The notes: generated by a model not told the origin, from the sequence alone. Shown: positions 19,749 to 30,096, counted from the stretch's first letter. The stretch is 64,000 nucleotides of DNA from Candidatus Hecatella orcuttiae (GCA_002011035.2 MTLY02000001.1:128001-192000), one strand, 5' to 3'. Translations and numbers: made by a program.

Positions 19749-20012
19749 ATGGTCTTGCTTTGCTACACTTGCAAAAGCGGGCTCATCTACTTCTCCAGCG
19801 ACTTCGCCTCCACCCGCTACTACTGCCCCACCTGTAAAAAATTCTACACCATAGCCCGAACCTCGCCTCCGGAAAAGAAGACCGTTAAGAGGCCGCCTCC
19901 AAGGAAGGCGCTGCGGACTGTTAAAAAAGTCGGTGCCAAAAAGATTCTCAAGAAAACCAAGAAGAAAGGCGCGCCTAAAAGGGTGAAAAGGAAAAAGGCT
20001 GGGAAAAGCTAA
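19749..20012 (+). CDS. Small Zn-ribbon protein with a Lys/Arg-rich tail
   Basis: CYTC...CPTC followed by KKTVKRPPPRKALRTVKKVGAKKILKKTKKKGAPKRVKRKKAGKS; GGTGA upstream of ATG 19749. Confidence 0.65.
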   Translation: MVLLCYTCKSGLIYFSSDFASTRYYCPTCKKFYTIARTSPPEKKTVKRPPPRKALRTVKKVGAKKILKKTKKKGAPKRVKRKKAGKS

Positions 20013-20240
20013 CTCTTCCCCCTTTAGGAAACTATCCTCCGCTACATGGTTTTGCGGCGCTAAGCTATACCTTCACTTCTAACGATGATAGGCACTTGAA
20101 GGGGGATAGCATTCGCAGTCAAACTCGTGGCAAATAGACCGGTAGGATACGCAGGATAGTTCCAACTTCGTTTTACGAGTTCTTTCTCTGTTGCGAAAAG
20201 TCTGAGGGGTAAGTAGGTTGGGAAATATTTTATTTCAGGA

Positions 20241-22631
20241 TTATCGTTGAATAGCTTGTTTTATTAATTCATTGTATTCTCCCCAGACCTCAGCTGCTGG
20301 TTTAGAGCGAAATCCAGGACCCGGGTCGCTTGGTAGGTGAATGTAACTATAGTCTCTTCCGAGAACTAGTTCAATATAACCCCGCTCTGCAACCGATTGC
20401 ATAAAAGCATTTGCAAGACGTTCATGCTCGCTGAGATCAACAGTATAATCTTCCGATTTCTTTACAACAAGATATGGTTCGGTAACGCTTTTACCGCTTG
20501 CAGCTCCCTCTATTGTGTTGTAAGTAAACCACATAGCAATTGGAACATTATAGTGATCATAAATTTGTTTGACCTGGGTATCAAATAGGCTGTCAAAGGC
20601 TGCTTTCATCTCCTCAACACTTGCATTTGACGGAACACCCAAGTCTACTTGACTGAAACCTGGATCAAGCAGATCTAAATTAGAAAAGTACGTCATCCTT
20701 GTCCCCCAATGTACCGGTGAATACAATTTTCCAGAATAGACTTTTCTAGTTTCCGTGATAAGTTGATTCATCCTCTCATCAATCAAATCAATGTACTGAT
20801 CAGTTACACACGGAGGAGGGGACGGAATCTGTATCACCTCAATACCTGCCTCTTCTGCAACCTTTGCAAACCCTATGAAGAAAAGCTCCATCTGGTCAAA
20901 CCAAGCATTATACCACTCAGCACTAATTCCAGTGTTCACATGCTCATCAAAGAACTGTTGGTATTCGTAACTGAAACCAATTACTTGGAAAACAATTACT
21001 TTAAGACCTTTACCATGCGCAATCTCTACAGCCTCTTTCAAGTCTTCCATCGGTGTAAACCAGAATTGGAACCTCGGTTCAGGTTCTACTCTGAGGTAGT
21101 CAGTTATCATGGATATGCCGACATAATCATGCCTCTCTCTAACCAAATCATCTGTAAGCCCATCAAAATTTGTTAGAAAGTTAGGCGCCCACCAATCAAA
21201 TGTGTTGTGCCCTACAGCAAACTCTGAACGTGGCGCAATGCTCACATTCGTGTTTATAGCTGTTGTTCTTTCACCATAATCACTGAAGGGCCATTTCTCA
21301 ACAACGTCATTAACCACCTGATCAACTGTTCCCACGACAATGCGGCGGCGCTCTTGCGGTGTCGGATCGATTATTTCGCAACCTTCTCCCGGGATTCCAT
21401 GTGCATAATTGTATTCAATAACATAGCCTGGCTTAACAAATATTTCTAATTGATATTGATTTTCACCAACTTTATGCATCGGAATATTTTCAAAAAGAAT
21501 ATTCTCTTTCGGATGCGTTTCAGGCGGTGTTCGCAGATTAAACGTTATCTTACTGTATTCCCTAAAACTATTAAGATGATCGTTAATTTGGGTTGTCGTA
21601 GGAGTTACAATAAATCTCCTAACCTGTATGCCGGAACCGTCGCTTGCCGGCTCTGCGCTAAGATGAACCCCGCCAAACGTATAAACATATTCGAGATACT
21701 GGCCGCCATAGAATTCAAGAGTTGTAGTAAACGTTTTATCATCCCGTGTAGTTAGTATCGGCGCACGTTCCATATATGAAATTGGACCCTGCGACATGAA
21801 GGTTCCAAGCTTATACGTGTTCCCAACGATTCTTAGTTTGTCCGGAAGCTCCTCAGCTGTCTCTACAGTGAATACTACTGTTACCTTTTCTGCTTTTTCT
21901 AATTGCACATCCAAGTTTAACGATTGATCCGTTGACAGATCAGCTTGTTTCGACTGCGATTTGAAATCATGCAACTCTGTGAAGAATGTGACAAGGTGTT
22001 TTCCTGGGGGTAGATAGAGTGAGTAAGTTCCATCATACCCAGTATACGTTTTTACCCCGCCGGCGACAACTAGAACGTTAAAGATCGGGGTGCCATCGTT
22101 ATCTGTCACTCTTCCTTGCAGCAAGTTAACTGGACCGTCGTAGAGTTTGAGTTGCTTCCATCCGGAAACAGTGTCTTCTATTTTGGTAAGGTCAGGGTGA
22201 ACTTTTACTACACGAAACGGATCAAATGATTCCGGGCCTATTGATTCCGATCTCACCCCTTCTTCACCACCGAGTACAAGTGTATAAGTATAGTAAAGAA
22301 AGGTATTAGTTGGCAATTGGACTGCCCCAGTCGCCCTGTCACCGTCTCTTTCCAAGGTTACTTGCACCCACGGTTCATTAGTAAAAGATAGAGCTGCAAA
22401 GATTATGTCTGCATTGTCTGGTGTCGTTTTCGGAATCTTGAGAGAAATCTCTACTGTCTGTGTTAGAAACGGCTGTAACGTTAGATTTGTTTGCCTCGGA
22501 GGCTGCTGCAATGTGTCTGGACCACTAGGCGGCGTTTGAACGTAGCCGCCAATAAAAATTACCCCAACTATCACCAATATTAAGACACTATAAATCATAA
22601 ATCTTTTCAGGCTTCTTTTCATCAGCGACAT
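20241..22631 (-). CDS. Membrane-anchored secreted multidomain protein: beta-sandwich repeats, carboxypeptidase-regulatory-like domain, C-terminal GH113-like TIM barrel
   Basis: N-terminal TM; GRVTDNDGTPI..V.V, T.YDGTYSL; C-terminal AH.KGLKV, WF......FAKVAEEAG, RKVYSGKL, KPAAEV. Confidence 0.65.
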   Translation of the reverse strand: MSLMKRSLKRFMIYSVLILVIVGVIFIGGYVQTPPSGPDTLQQPPRQTNLTLQPFLTQTVEISLKIPKTTPDNADIIFAALSFTNEPWVQVTLERDGDRATGAVQLPTNTFLYYTYTLVLGGEEGVRSESIGPESFDPFRVVKVHPDLTKIEDTVSGWKQLKLYDGPVNLLQGRVTDNDGTPIFNVLVVAGGVKTYTGYDGTYSLYLPPGKHLVTFFTELHDFKSQSKQADLSTDQSLNLDVQLEKAEKVTVVFTVETAEELPDKLRIVGNTYKLGTFMSQGPISYMERAPILTTRDDKTFTTTLEFYGGQYLEYVYTFGGVHLSAEPASDGSGIQVRRFIVTPTTTQINDHLNSFREYSKITFNLRTPPETHPKENILFENIPMHKVGENQYQLEIFVKPGYVIEYNYAHGIPGEGCEIIDPTPQERRRIVVGTVDQVVNDVVEKWPFSDYGERTTAINTNVSIAPRSEFAVGHNTFDWWAPNFLTNFDGLTDDLVRERHDYVGISMITDYLRVEPEPRFQFWFTPMEDLKEAVEIAHGKGLKVIVFQVIGFSYEYQQFFDEHVNTGISAEWYNAWFDQMELFFIGFAKVAEEAGIEVIQIPSPPPCVTDQYIDLIDERMNQLITETRKVYSGKLYSPVHWGTRMTYFSNLDLLDPGFSQVDLGVPSNASVEEMKAAFDSLFDTQVKQIYDHYNVPIAMWFTYNTIEGAASGKSVTEPYLVVKKSEDYTVDLSEHERLANAFMQSVAERGYIELVLGRDYSYIHLPSDPGPGFRSKPAAEVWGEYNELIKQAIQR

Positions 22632-23149
22632 CTCATCCGAATTATGAAAGAGCCAAAAGGGTTATTATTGCCTTATACCTATAACCTTACTATACCAATG
22701 TCGATAAAAAGATTGTTCTATGGTCTCGACCCACAAAAACACTAATTAACGAAATGGGTATTTACAAATAAATCCGACACCAAAACTATCTCACTATGCC
22801 TTTATACAACATGACTGTTTCCCTATTTTCCAGTCCATTACACCTTTCTTCTAATGCTGAGGGCCTCCCTTTATCTCATAAGAGAAAAAACGAGCAGAGT
22901 ACGCTTCTCGAAAAACTTGGAAACGCTGTAATGAAAGGGAAACCGCGAGACATTCACAGGACCTCCTCACTTTTTAGGTATCGCACAGCGACCGTTACAA
23001 CAATAGAGTTCATCCGATAGTTTAAACGATGTCTAAGGCTAGGCCATAGCATCATTGAACTAGTCAGGCCAGTGTTTAAACTCTTGGCTTCACACCAAAG
23101 ATAAGCAAACTGACAGTAAAAGAGATCATGGCTGAAACTCTGAAAATAG

Positions 23150-23225
23150 CGGGCCCGAGGGGATTTGAACCCCTGATCTTCGGCTCCGAAGGCCGATGCG
23201 TTGGTCCTGACTGCGCTACGGGCCC
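23150..23225 (-). tRNA. tRNA-Arg(TCG)
   Basis: GGGCCCG acceptor, anticodon arm TCGGC-CTTCGGA-GCCGA, T arm AGGGG-TTCAAAT-CCCCT. Confidence 0.93.
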
Positions 23226-23338
23226 TCTTCTTCTCCGTGAGGAGGGTTCTTAAAGATTTATCTAGGGCTTCTTTCTATAAGTTTTTCTAGCTTGATGGGG
23301 TTCCTCCCCTCGTTTTCGGAAAGTAGGGTTGATGTGGG

Positions 23339-24073
23339 TTGAAGACTGAAACTCATACCCGAGACTTGGAGTTCAGGCTGATGACTATCAAGATGTTGAA
23401 CACCATCAAAAAGAAGCATACTTATAGGGAGATTTCCCAGTGGACAGGGCTGCCGGTGACTGTGCTGAGCCGTTATGTGAAGGGACATGTCCTCCCTGCC
23501 TCCAAGAGGTCTAGGGAGATATGGAATTCTCTTCAAAAAGTCGCTGACTTGGAAAATACGCTCCTGTCAAGGATTAAATTTGATGACATGGGCTATTTTG
23601 ACAACACTCAGATTGTGTGGGATACGTCCCTCCTCCGCCTTGCAACCCAGTATGTGGTCGCTAAGTTTGCTGGAAGGAGGATAACGAAAATTCTAACAGC
23701 CGCCGTGGACGGAATTCCCCCTGCTACCCTCGTAGCTAGCTCTCTGGATGTGGATTTGGTGGTGGCTAAAAAAACTAGGGAGGTAGGGGTTAAAGATTAC
23801 GTAGAAGAAAGCTACGTGCCCCAAGACTCTGGGGTGGTGGTCACCTTCTACGTGCCCAAGGACTCCATCAAGAAGGGGGACAGCGTCCTCATAGTAGACG
23901 ACATCGCTAGGACGGGGGAGACCCAGGAGGCCCTCATCCACCTCATCCACAAGATGAGAGGAGAAGTAGCCGGGATATTCGTCTTGGTTGGAGTAGGCGA
24001 AGAATGGAAAACCAAGCTCAGCATACCCCCAAATTGCCCAGTAGAGGCATTGGCTGAAATACAGAAGAAATAA
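23339..24073 (+). CDS. HTH plus phosphoribosyltransferase protein (PurR/APRT-like regulator)
   Basis: TYREISQWTGLPVTVLSRYV HTH; VLIVDDIARTGET PRPP loop. Confidence 0.85.
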   Translation: MKTETHTRDLEFRLMTIKMLNTIKKKHTYREISQWTGLPVTVLSRYVKGHVLPASKRSREIWNSLQKVADLENTLLSRIKFDDMGYFDNTQIVWDTSLLRLATQYVVAKFAGRRITKILTAAVDGIPPATLVASSLDVDLVVAKKTREVGVKDYVEESYVPQDSGVVVTFYVPKDSIKKGDSVLIVDDIARTGETQEALIHLIHKMRGEVAGIFVLVGVGEEWKTKLSIPPNCPVEALAEIQKK

Positions 24074-24110
24074 CCAGATAAGCCCTCGCAGCCTGTTTAA
24101 AAGGGACAGA

Positions 24111-25148
24111 CTATCTTCCGTCAGACGCGTCTAGCAGAGCTCTAATTTTTGGGGGTTTAACTTCTATTACCCCCTTTTCGGTGATCAGGGCGGAAACCAG
24201 ATGAGGGGGGGTTATATCAAAGGCGGGGTTGAATGTTTTAATTCCCTTGGGAGCTATTCTCAACCCGCCCAATTCCAATACCTCTTTTGGGTTTCTTTCT
24301 TCGATGACCACTTCCTCCACAGAGTTTTCGGAATCTATGGTGGTGGTAGGCGCTGCCACGTAGAAAGGGATACCGTGCTCCTTAGCTAGAACGGCGATGG
24401 TGTAGGTTCCAATTTTGTTGATAACATGACCTGACATCAGAATGCGATCCGCTCCAACGAGCACCTTGTCTATGATCCCCTGAGCCATCAGATAGCCAAC
24501 CATGTTGTCGGTAATGAGAGCGAAAGGAATTCTCTTTCGCTTCAGTTCATAAGCTGTAAGGCGGGCGCCTTGAAGGAGAGGCCTAGTCTCAGTTGCTATC
24601 ACCCTTATGTTTTTACCTCTCCGATGAGCCGCGGCTATTACTCCTAAAGCAGTACCATATTCTACGGTAGCCAGTTCACCGGCATTGCAATGGGTGAGGA
24701 CAGTATCCCCAGTGTCGATCAATTCTGCCCCGTGGAGGCTTAAGGCACGGTTAACTTTTGCATCCTCAGCAATCAGTTCTAAACATTTTTTGATCAGATA
24801 TCTCCGCAACTCTTTGAGACTACACGGATGTTCTTCTGCCATTTTCAAAACAGCGTCGACAGAGTTAAACAGATTCACAGCCGTGGGGCGTGTGGTCTTT
24901 ATCAACACCGCTGTTTTTTGAAGCTCCTTCAGAAGACTGGCTCTGCTTTTAGCTTTTGACTTGTAAACAGTTTGAGCCAAAGCTAAAGCAGCAGCGGCGC
25001 CCAGAAGGGGGGCTCCTCGAATTTTCATGTTTTTTATCGCCTTCGCTATTTGGTTTGGTGTTCTCAGCTTAAGGTGAACCAGCCTATGGGGAAGGAGAGT
25101 CTGGTCTACGGTAATGACCACGCCGTCTTTCCATCGAATAGTCTTCAA
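24111..25148 (-). CDS. mtnA: S-methyl-5-thioribose-1-phosphate isomerase (MtnA/eIF2B family)
   Basis: DQTLLP, IRGAP, RPTAVNL, LTHCNAG.LAT..YGTALG, ETRPLLQGARLT, GADRI, NKIGTY, NPAFDITP. Confidence 0.9.
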   Translation of the reverse strand: MKTIRWKDGVVITVDQTLLPHRLVHLKLRTPNQIAKAIKNMKIRGAPLLGAAAALALAQTVYKSKAKSRASLLKELQKTAVLIKTTRPTAVNLFNSVDAVLKMAEEHPCSLKELRRYLIKKCLELIAEDAKVNRALSLHGAELIDTGDTVLTHCNAGELATVEYGTALGVIAAAHRRGKNIRVIATETRPLLQGARLTAYELKRKRIPFALITDNMVGYLMAQGIIDKVLVGADRILMSGHVINKIGTYTIAVLAKEHGIPFYVAAPTTTIDSENSVEEVVIEERNPKEVLELGGLRIAPKGIKTFNPAFDITPPHLVSALITEKGVIEVKPPKIRALLDASDGR

Positions 25149-25328
25149 ACCTTCAACTCCCAGACAAGTAATCTTATACTAACATTTCTGCCCGTAATAA
25201 AAAAGATACGCCAAGTCAGAGTAGCGGGCCCGGCATACCCTCGCTAACTTTATGGAAGGGAGATGAAGAGTTAAGGCTTAAATATTAGTATTACTTTTAT
25301 TTATAAAAATAATATTGATGAAAAATGA

Positions 25329-25553
25329 ATGGTATGCTACATCGTTCCTCTGGCTATGGCTGTACTGCTGTCCGCTCTCTGGGGCTTCTCGAAAAGAGGT
25401 ATTCAAGGATTCTGGCTTAACTTGATGCTTTACGGAGCCGCCTTCTTCGTAGTCGACCATCTCTGGCACGGAGAACTCTTTCTCACCTCAGCAAACTGGG
25501 TTGCCGATCTAGCCTTGGGGGGAATCATTACTAGTGTAATATTTGGGGCATAG
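25329..25553 (+). CDS. Small membrane protein, possibly truncated by a TGG>TAG change (frame stays open to 25634)
   Basis: Three hydrophobic segments and VDHLWHGELF; the TAG interrupts a hydrophobic helix that continues GLTLGVV. Confidence 0.5.
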   Translation: MVCYIVPLAMAVLLSALWGFSKRGIQGFWLNLMLYGAAFFVVDHLWHGELFLTSANWVADLALGGIITSVIFGA

Positions 25554-25741
25554 GGTCTGACGCTGGGCGTTGTCAAAGTAAAACCTGCCCTCGCCTACCG
25601 CACTGGCATTCTAAAACACCGAGAACTACACTGAATTCTAACCAAAACCAGCTAACTTTATATCAGAGTATCTGCCATTCTGCAAAGGAGAGATAATAGG
25701 CTAAACCAAAAAACGACACGTACTTTATTCGGGATAATTCC

Positions 25742-26602
25742 TTGTCATCCGAGAAGATGCCGCGGAAACTTGAAAAGCCATTAACTGTCAAGGCATCCGA
25801 CCGCGTATTCTTAAGGCTTTATCCCGACTGTAAGCCTCACAAGTTAGAGATCGCGGATTTGCAGAAAGGTTTAGTGCTTATGCTGGGAGCCAGCGAGCTT
25901 GTGGGGGAAGGCATAGGCTTCGGCGCTCCGGTGATAAGATATGCTGACAAAACTTTTTTCTCGAAATCAGCGGAGGTCTCTGTTCAAGGGCAGGATGAGG
26001 GAGGCGTAGTTGTATCAAAATCCTTTCTTATGGATGCTGTGTCAAGGAAGCGAATTTGTAGGGGGCCCTTTATCAGCGATAACCTTTACTCATTTTTTCA
26101 CAGAGCCTTCATGAGAGGTTATGAAGGCTGCAAAGACTTTAGACCTTTCTTCGACAAGATTATGGAACTGCGAAAGATTTTAGGGATAAAATCCCAGTTT
26201 GTCGAAGTTAATCCTAGAGGCAGAGTCAACATTGTTTATAAGTGTTTTTCAGACACTGTTCAAATCGAGGTTGATCTCAGAGCCTTGGACAAATCTGGAT
26301 GCGAAGAAATTTTGATCTTGAATGAGCAAGATTCCTCCTTCTTCAGGAGATACTTCGATACAAGCGGTCTCGAACTTTTTGGAAGGCAGATAGGAGCATG
26401 GGAAAAGGTTGAAGCTGATGAAGCCTCTTTTTCGGACATAAATGGACACCTAACCTTCAGCTTGAAGAGGTTAGACCAGGCGACGTTGTTTCGAGGATGG
26501 GAGGAGGTTAAAGGGAGGTTCTCTTGGGCGGGCTTGGGGTATTCCTTGAAACCGAACATATCCACCTTTACCTACCTAGTTAAGATCAGTATGCATGTTT
26601 AA
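25742..26602 (+). CDS. Hypothetical protein
   Basis: 286-aa ORF filling the interval; GEGIGFGAPV motif; no family recognised. Confidence 0.75.
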   Translation: MSSEKMPRKLEKPLTVKASDRVFLRLYPDCKPHKLEIADLQKGLVLMLGASELVGEGIGFGAPVIRYADKTFFSKSAEVSVQGQDEGGVVVSKSFLMDAVSRKRICRGPFISDNLYSFFHRAFMRGYEGCKDFRPFFDKIMELRKILGIKSQFVEVNPRGRVNIVYKCFSDTVQIEVDLRALDKSGCEEILILNEQDSSFFRRYFDTSGLELFGRQIGAWEKVEADEASFSDINGHLTFSLKRLDQATLFRGWEEVKGRFSWAGLGYSLKPNISTFTYLVKISMHV

Positions 26603-26644
26603 CTTAAATTCGAATCCCTTAGGCTCTCGGGGATCATCAGACTA

Positions 26645-27076
26645 CTAAATGTAGTAGAAAAGGTAGAATCCTATCCCCAGTAGCAATGCCAGAATCCACG
26701 TGGTGAAAACTATCCTCATCCATAGCCTTACATTTCCAAATTTTTTGAAGACTAAGATGAGACCTAGAATCCATGCGAAACCGCCTATCACCGCGTGAAT
26801 GATTGTTATTATTCGCCCCACAACCGGACCAACCATTAAGGCGCCGAAATTTGTAATCAGGGATACTCCCATAACTGCGAAGATGAGAGCTCCGTTAAGA
26901 GCCACGGCGAAAGTCATCAGATAGCCATGGCCTTTAAAATGTCCTTTCTTAACAGCGAAAACTCCTGCTAGGAGAATTATCAATATTACAAACTGAAGAA
27001 GAAGGTTTACATCGTAGATTAAGGCGGCTTTAGTTCCGAAAAGACCGACCATAATAATATTCAACCAGTCTTTCAA
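26645..27076 (-). CDS. DUF420-like four-TM membrane protein
   Basis: K.HG.LM..A and IHA.IG intramembrane His pattern. Confidence 0.65.
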   Translation of the reverse strand: MKDWLNIIMVGLFGTKAALIYDVNLLLQFVILIILLAGVFAVKKGHFKGHGYLMTFAVALNGALIFAVMGVSLITNFGALMVGPVVGRIITIIHAVIGGFAWILGLILVFKKFGNVRLWMRIVFTTWILALLLGIGFYLFYYI

Positions 27077-27103
27077 TAAAAGTGTTTCCGCAGAGGTTGA
27101 AAG

Positions 27104-28642
27104 CTAAGTAAAGAGAAGCTTCTCGATCCCTTTGAAAACACTCTGCCGGATCGACAGAAGGCCCACTGTCATATAGGCTACGGCGTAGAGAGTGAGGATA
27201 GGCGTTATTCCTATGTTTGCATTGGACAGTGCATAGGCTAGGCTTGCAACGGCCAGCATCCCAGCTGCCAGCTCTAAGATGGCAGTCTTCTGAATGTGGA
27301 TTTGATACTTTTTGTTTCTCCATAGATCATGCGGGCTTTCGATTTTGTATTTCGGAGTTCTCTGGAAAACACCCGACCGAGCGCTGAAAAGCCCTTTGAA
27401 TACTGCTATGGTATTGCTAATGCTGATCCCATAGCCTACGAAAGTTAAGGCTACGATGTTCTTTAAATAATCCACAAATTTCATTCTCACCTCTTTAGAG
27501 GCTATGTAGCACATGATCCAGACGGCGAAAGTGCTGAAAGCAATAGCCAGATAAAGGGCTACCAGAAACGCTGACCATAAGGGGGGAGAACTTCCAATTA
27601 CCCCGACCTTCAACGGTAACTGGATTACATGAGCTCGGAAAAAAACAGATGCAAGAGCTAGAAGGTAGGATGTGAACATCAAAAAGTGAACAAAATAGTA
27701 GGTGAGATGAAGAAGAGCCTCAATTTTCTGTTTCAGCGTTAACTGCGGCTTCTTAAAAAGAGAGAAAACAAGCCTCCTTGCAGTTCGAATGGAACCCTGC
27801 GCCCACCTAGACTGCTGTCTTTTGAAGGCTACGATGGTAGGCGGGATCTCCGCTGGGCAAGCTAGGTCTCGGAGATAAGCGTATTTCCAGCCTTTAATCT
27901 GCATTCGGTAGCTGAGGTCTAGGTCTTCGGAGAGAGTATCCGCGCACCATCCGCCTGCATCGATCACGGCCTCTTTTCTTAGCACGCCAGCTGAGCCGTT
28001 GAAGTTGATGAAGCAATCGGCTTTTTGCCTGCCGGTTTGTTCTACTAGAAAGAAGGCATCGATGGCCAGAGCTGCTGCCTTCGTTATCGCGTTGTACTTC
28101 GGATTCGCGTGGCCCCACCGGCATTGGAGGAAGCCTAGGGAAGGATCAGCCACCATATGGGGGATTGTTCTCTCTAAGAAGTCTTTTTGTGGAATGAAAT
28201 CGGCGTCGAAGATGGCGATAAATTCGCCTTGGGTATAGTGTAAGGCGTTGGCTAAGGCTCCTCCCTTGAAGCCGTCCCTGTGATTTCGGTGGATGAGGTC
28301 TATGTTGTATCCTTGAAGATGAAACTCTTCTACCTCTTTGCCGAGAATCTGTGTGGTGTCGTCGGTTGAGTCGTCAAGAACTAGGATTTGAACCTTATCT
28401 TTCCCGTAATGCTCAGCCATCTTTACCACCGCTTTGAGAAGACGGGGGGCGACGTAGCGCTCGTTATAAATGGGAAGCTGCACCGAGACTTTCGGCTTCG
28501 TGCAGTTGAAAGTTTTCGAGCTGAGATTTGACTCCTTTCTAGACTGCCAGGTCAGATAGTATATGTTGAAACCATAGACAAAAAAGCAAAGGAAAAGCAG
28601 CAACGATGCTACAAGTAGAACCGTTGAAACCAATAAGGCCAA
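27104..28642 (-). CDS. Processive GT2 glycosyltransferase (cellulose-synthase-like)
   Basis: QLPIYNE, LDDSTD, FKGGAL, FDADF, SEDLDLS, QQSRW; C-terminal TMs. Confidence 0.93.
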   Translation of the reverse strand: MALLVSTVLLVASLLLFLCFFVYGFNIYYLTWQSRKESNLSSKTFNCTKPKVSVQLPIYNERYVAPRLLKAVVKMAEHYGKDKVQILVLDDSTDDTTQILGKEVEEFHLQGYNIDLIHRNHRDGFKGGALANALHYTQGEFIAIFDADFIPQKDFLERTIPHMVADPSLGFLQCRWGHANPKYNAITKAAALAIDAFFLVEQTGRQKADCFINFNGSAGVLRKEAVIDAGGWCADTLSEDLDLSYRMQIKGWKYAYLRDLACPAEIPPTIVAFKRQQSRWAQGSIRTARRLVFSLFKKPQLTLKQKIEALLHLTYYFVHFLMFTSYLLALASVFFRAHVIQLPLKVGVIGSSPPLWSAFLVALYLAIAFSTFAVWIMCYIASKEVRMKFVDYLKNIVALTFVGYGISISNTIAVFKGLFSARSGVFQRTPKYKIESPHDLWRNKKYQIHIQKTAILELAAGMLAVASLAYALSNANIGITPILTLYAVAYMTVGLLSIRQSVFKGIEKLLFT

Positions 28643-28821
28643 GCCGGTTTTCCTCAGGTGTGGTATACTGCTATAAAATCGTTGTGATGTTTAAATAGAA
28701 TTCGCCGCAGATACAAATGCGTTTAAACGCTTATGCATAAATCGGAGAAATTAGGGATGAATAGATGCATGACTCGGCATTTTTATATTAGCTGTTAGAA
28801 ATCGGTGGATGAGGCGGAAGA

Positions 28822-30096
28822 GTGTTTAGCACTTCAACCAGCCGGTTGAGGAGGAATTCTTCCGGCAGCATGTATTTTGAGGCAGCCTTAAGCTTGACCT
28901 TTCAGTTGGCATTGGGCGCCTACCTCGGCCACTATTATGATATAAGGGTGTTCATGGTCTCAGGCTACGCTGTGGCTGAGGGTCTATCTCCCTATGAAAC
29001 TCGGGAGCTGGAAAGTGTTTTTGACCATCCTCACTTTGATGGCGGAGTGCCGGGTATAGGGTATCCCCCTCCCTGGGGGTTGCTTCTCGGCTTGATTTAT
29101 CAGGTCTCCTACAACATTTTCCCAAATATTTTCTTCTACAACGTTGTGATAAAACTTCCAGTCATCCTAGGGAATCTTCTTTTAGCCGTGCTCGTCAGGA
29201 ACCTCCTCCAAAAGGAAAATGTTGAAGCGAAGATGGTGAAGGCTGCGTGGAGGTTTTTTCTTTTTAACCCTTTCGTGGTCTACACAACGGCGGTGTGGGG
29301 TCAATTTGACCCTCTGGTCGCTTTTTTAACAGTTCTATCCGTCCTCCTTCTCTTCCAAGGGAAAAATAAGGCCTCCGCCATCCTTCTGGGTTTGGCGGCT
29401 GCCTTCAAACTTATCCCCGTAGCTTTCGTTTTCGCCAGTCTCCTATTCTTAAAGAAGAAGAATGAAAAAATAAGGGGGTTAGAATATATTCTGTTCTTTA
29501 CAGGGGCGTTTGTAGCCGCAACTTATCTTCCTTTCCCTCTTCTCAACTGGGGTATTGCCCCTATCTTCAGCTCTTGGAATATTCATTTTTCAGTTTTGGG
29601 AGGCTTGTCTCTTTTCAACATCGCCGAGCTTTTCGGTCGAGATAGTTTTCCGGCAGGCTTAGAATTGCTGGGTTATCTCTGGGCGCCGGCTTTGATTATC
29701 ACCTTTTATATCTTATGGAGAAGGACGGTATCTCCCTCCTTCGAAGAGCTTGTGAAAAGTTGTCTTGTTTTCATCTTTGTTTTACTGCTTACGCGTAGCT
29801 GGGTTTCGGAGCAGAATTTGAATCTGCTTTTTCCTTTCCTAATTTTAAACGCCTCCCTGGGAGGTATTAGCCAGCGTGCGGTGACCCTAGCGTGGGTTAT
29901 ACCTTTCATATTCACCTTTTTTAACGCATCTTTCCTTCAGCAACTTTTCCTAATTTATCCTGAAGCAATAGCGCTGAATGACACTGTTTTCTCCGCGGAG
30001 TCTTTCCTGCACTATCGCCTTATACTGAGATTTCTCGTCGTGATTCCGTGGCACATCATGGGATGGTGGATTGTAGTTCGAAACTTGCGCAGTTAG
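28822..30096 (+). CDS. Polytopic GT-C glycosyltransferase (GT87/PIG-M-like)
   Basis: H.YD, YPPPW, KLP.IL, FNP...Y..AVWGQFD, LGLAAAFK. Confidence 0.75.
   Translation: MFSTSTSRLRRNSSGSMYFEAALSLTFQLALGAYLGHYYDIRVFMVSGYAVAEGLSPYETRELESVFDHPHFDGGVPGIGYPPPWGLLLGLIYQVSYNIFPNIFFYNVVIKLPVILGNLLLAVLVRNLLQKENVEAKMVKAAWRFFLFNPFVVYTTAVWGQFDPLVAFLTVLSVLLLFQGKNKASAILLGLAAAFKLIPVAFVFASLLFLKKKNEKIRGLEYILFFTGAFVAATYLPFPLLNWGIAPIFSSWNIHFSVLGGLSLFNIAELFGRDSFPAGLELLGYLWAPALIITFYILWRRTVSPSFEELVKSCLVFIFVLLLTRSWVSEQNLNLLFPFLILNASLGGISQRAVTLAWVIPFIFTFFNASFLQQLFLIYPEAIALNDTVFSAESFLHYRLILRFLVVIPWHIMGWWIVVRNLRS

Noticed and set aside
22796-23020. 74-aa plus-strand ORF in the AT-rich gap
   Set aside because: No motif, RBS or typical composition; not supportable
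20013-23225. Integrated element with att sites at tRNA-Arg
   Set aside because: No duplicated tRNA 3' end and no integrase found; only compositional evidence remains
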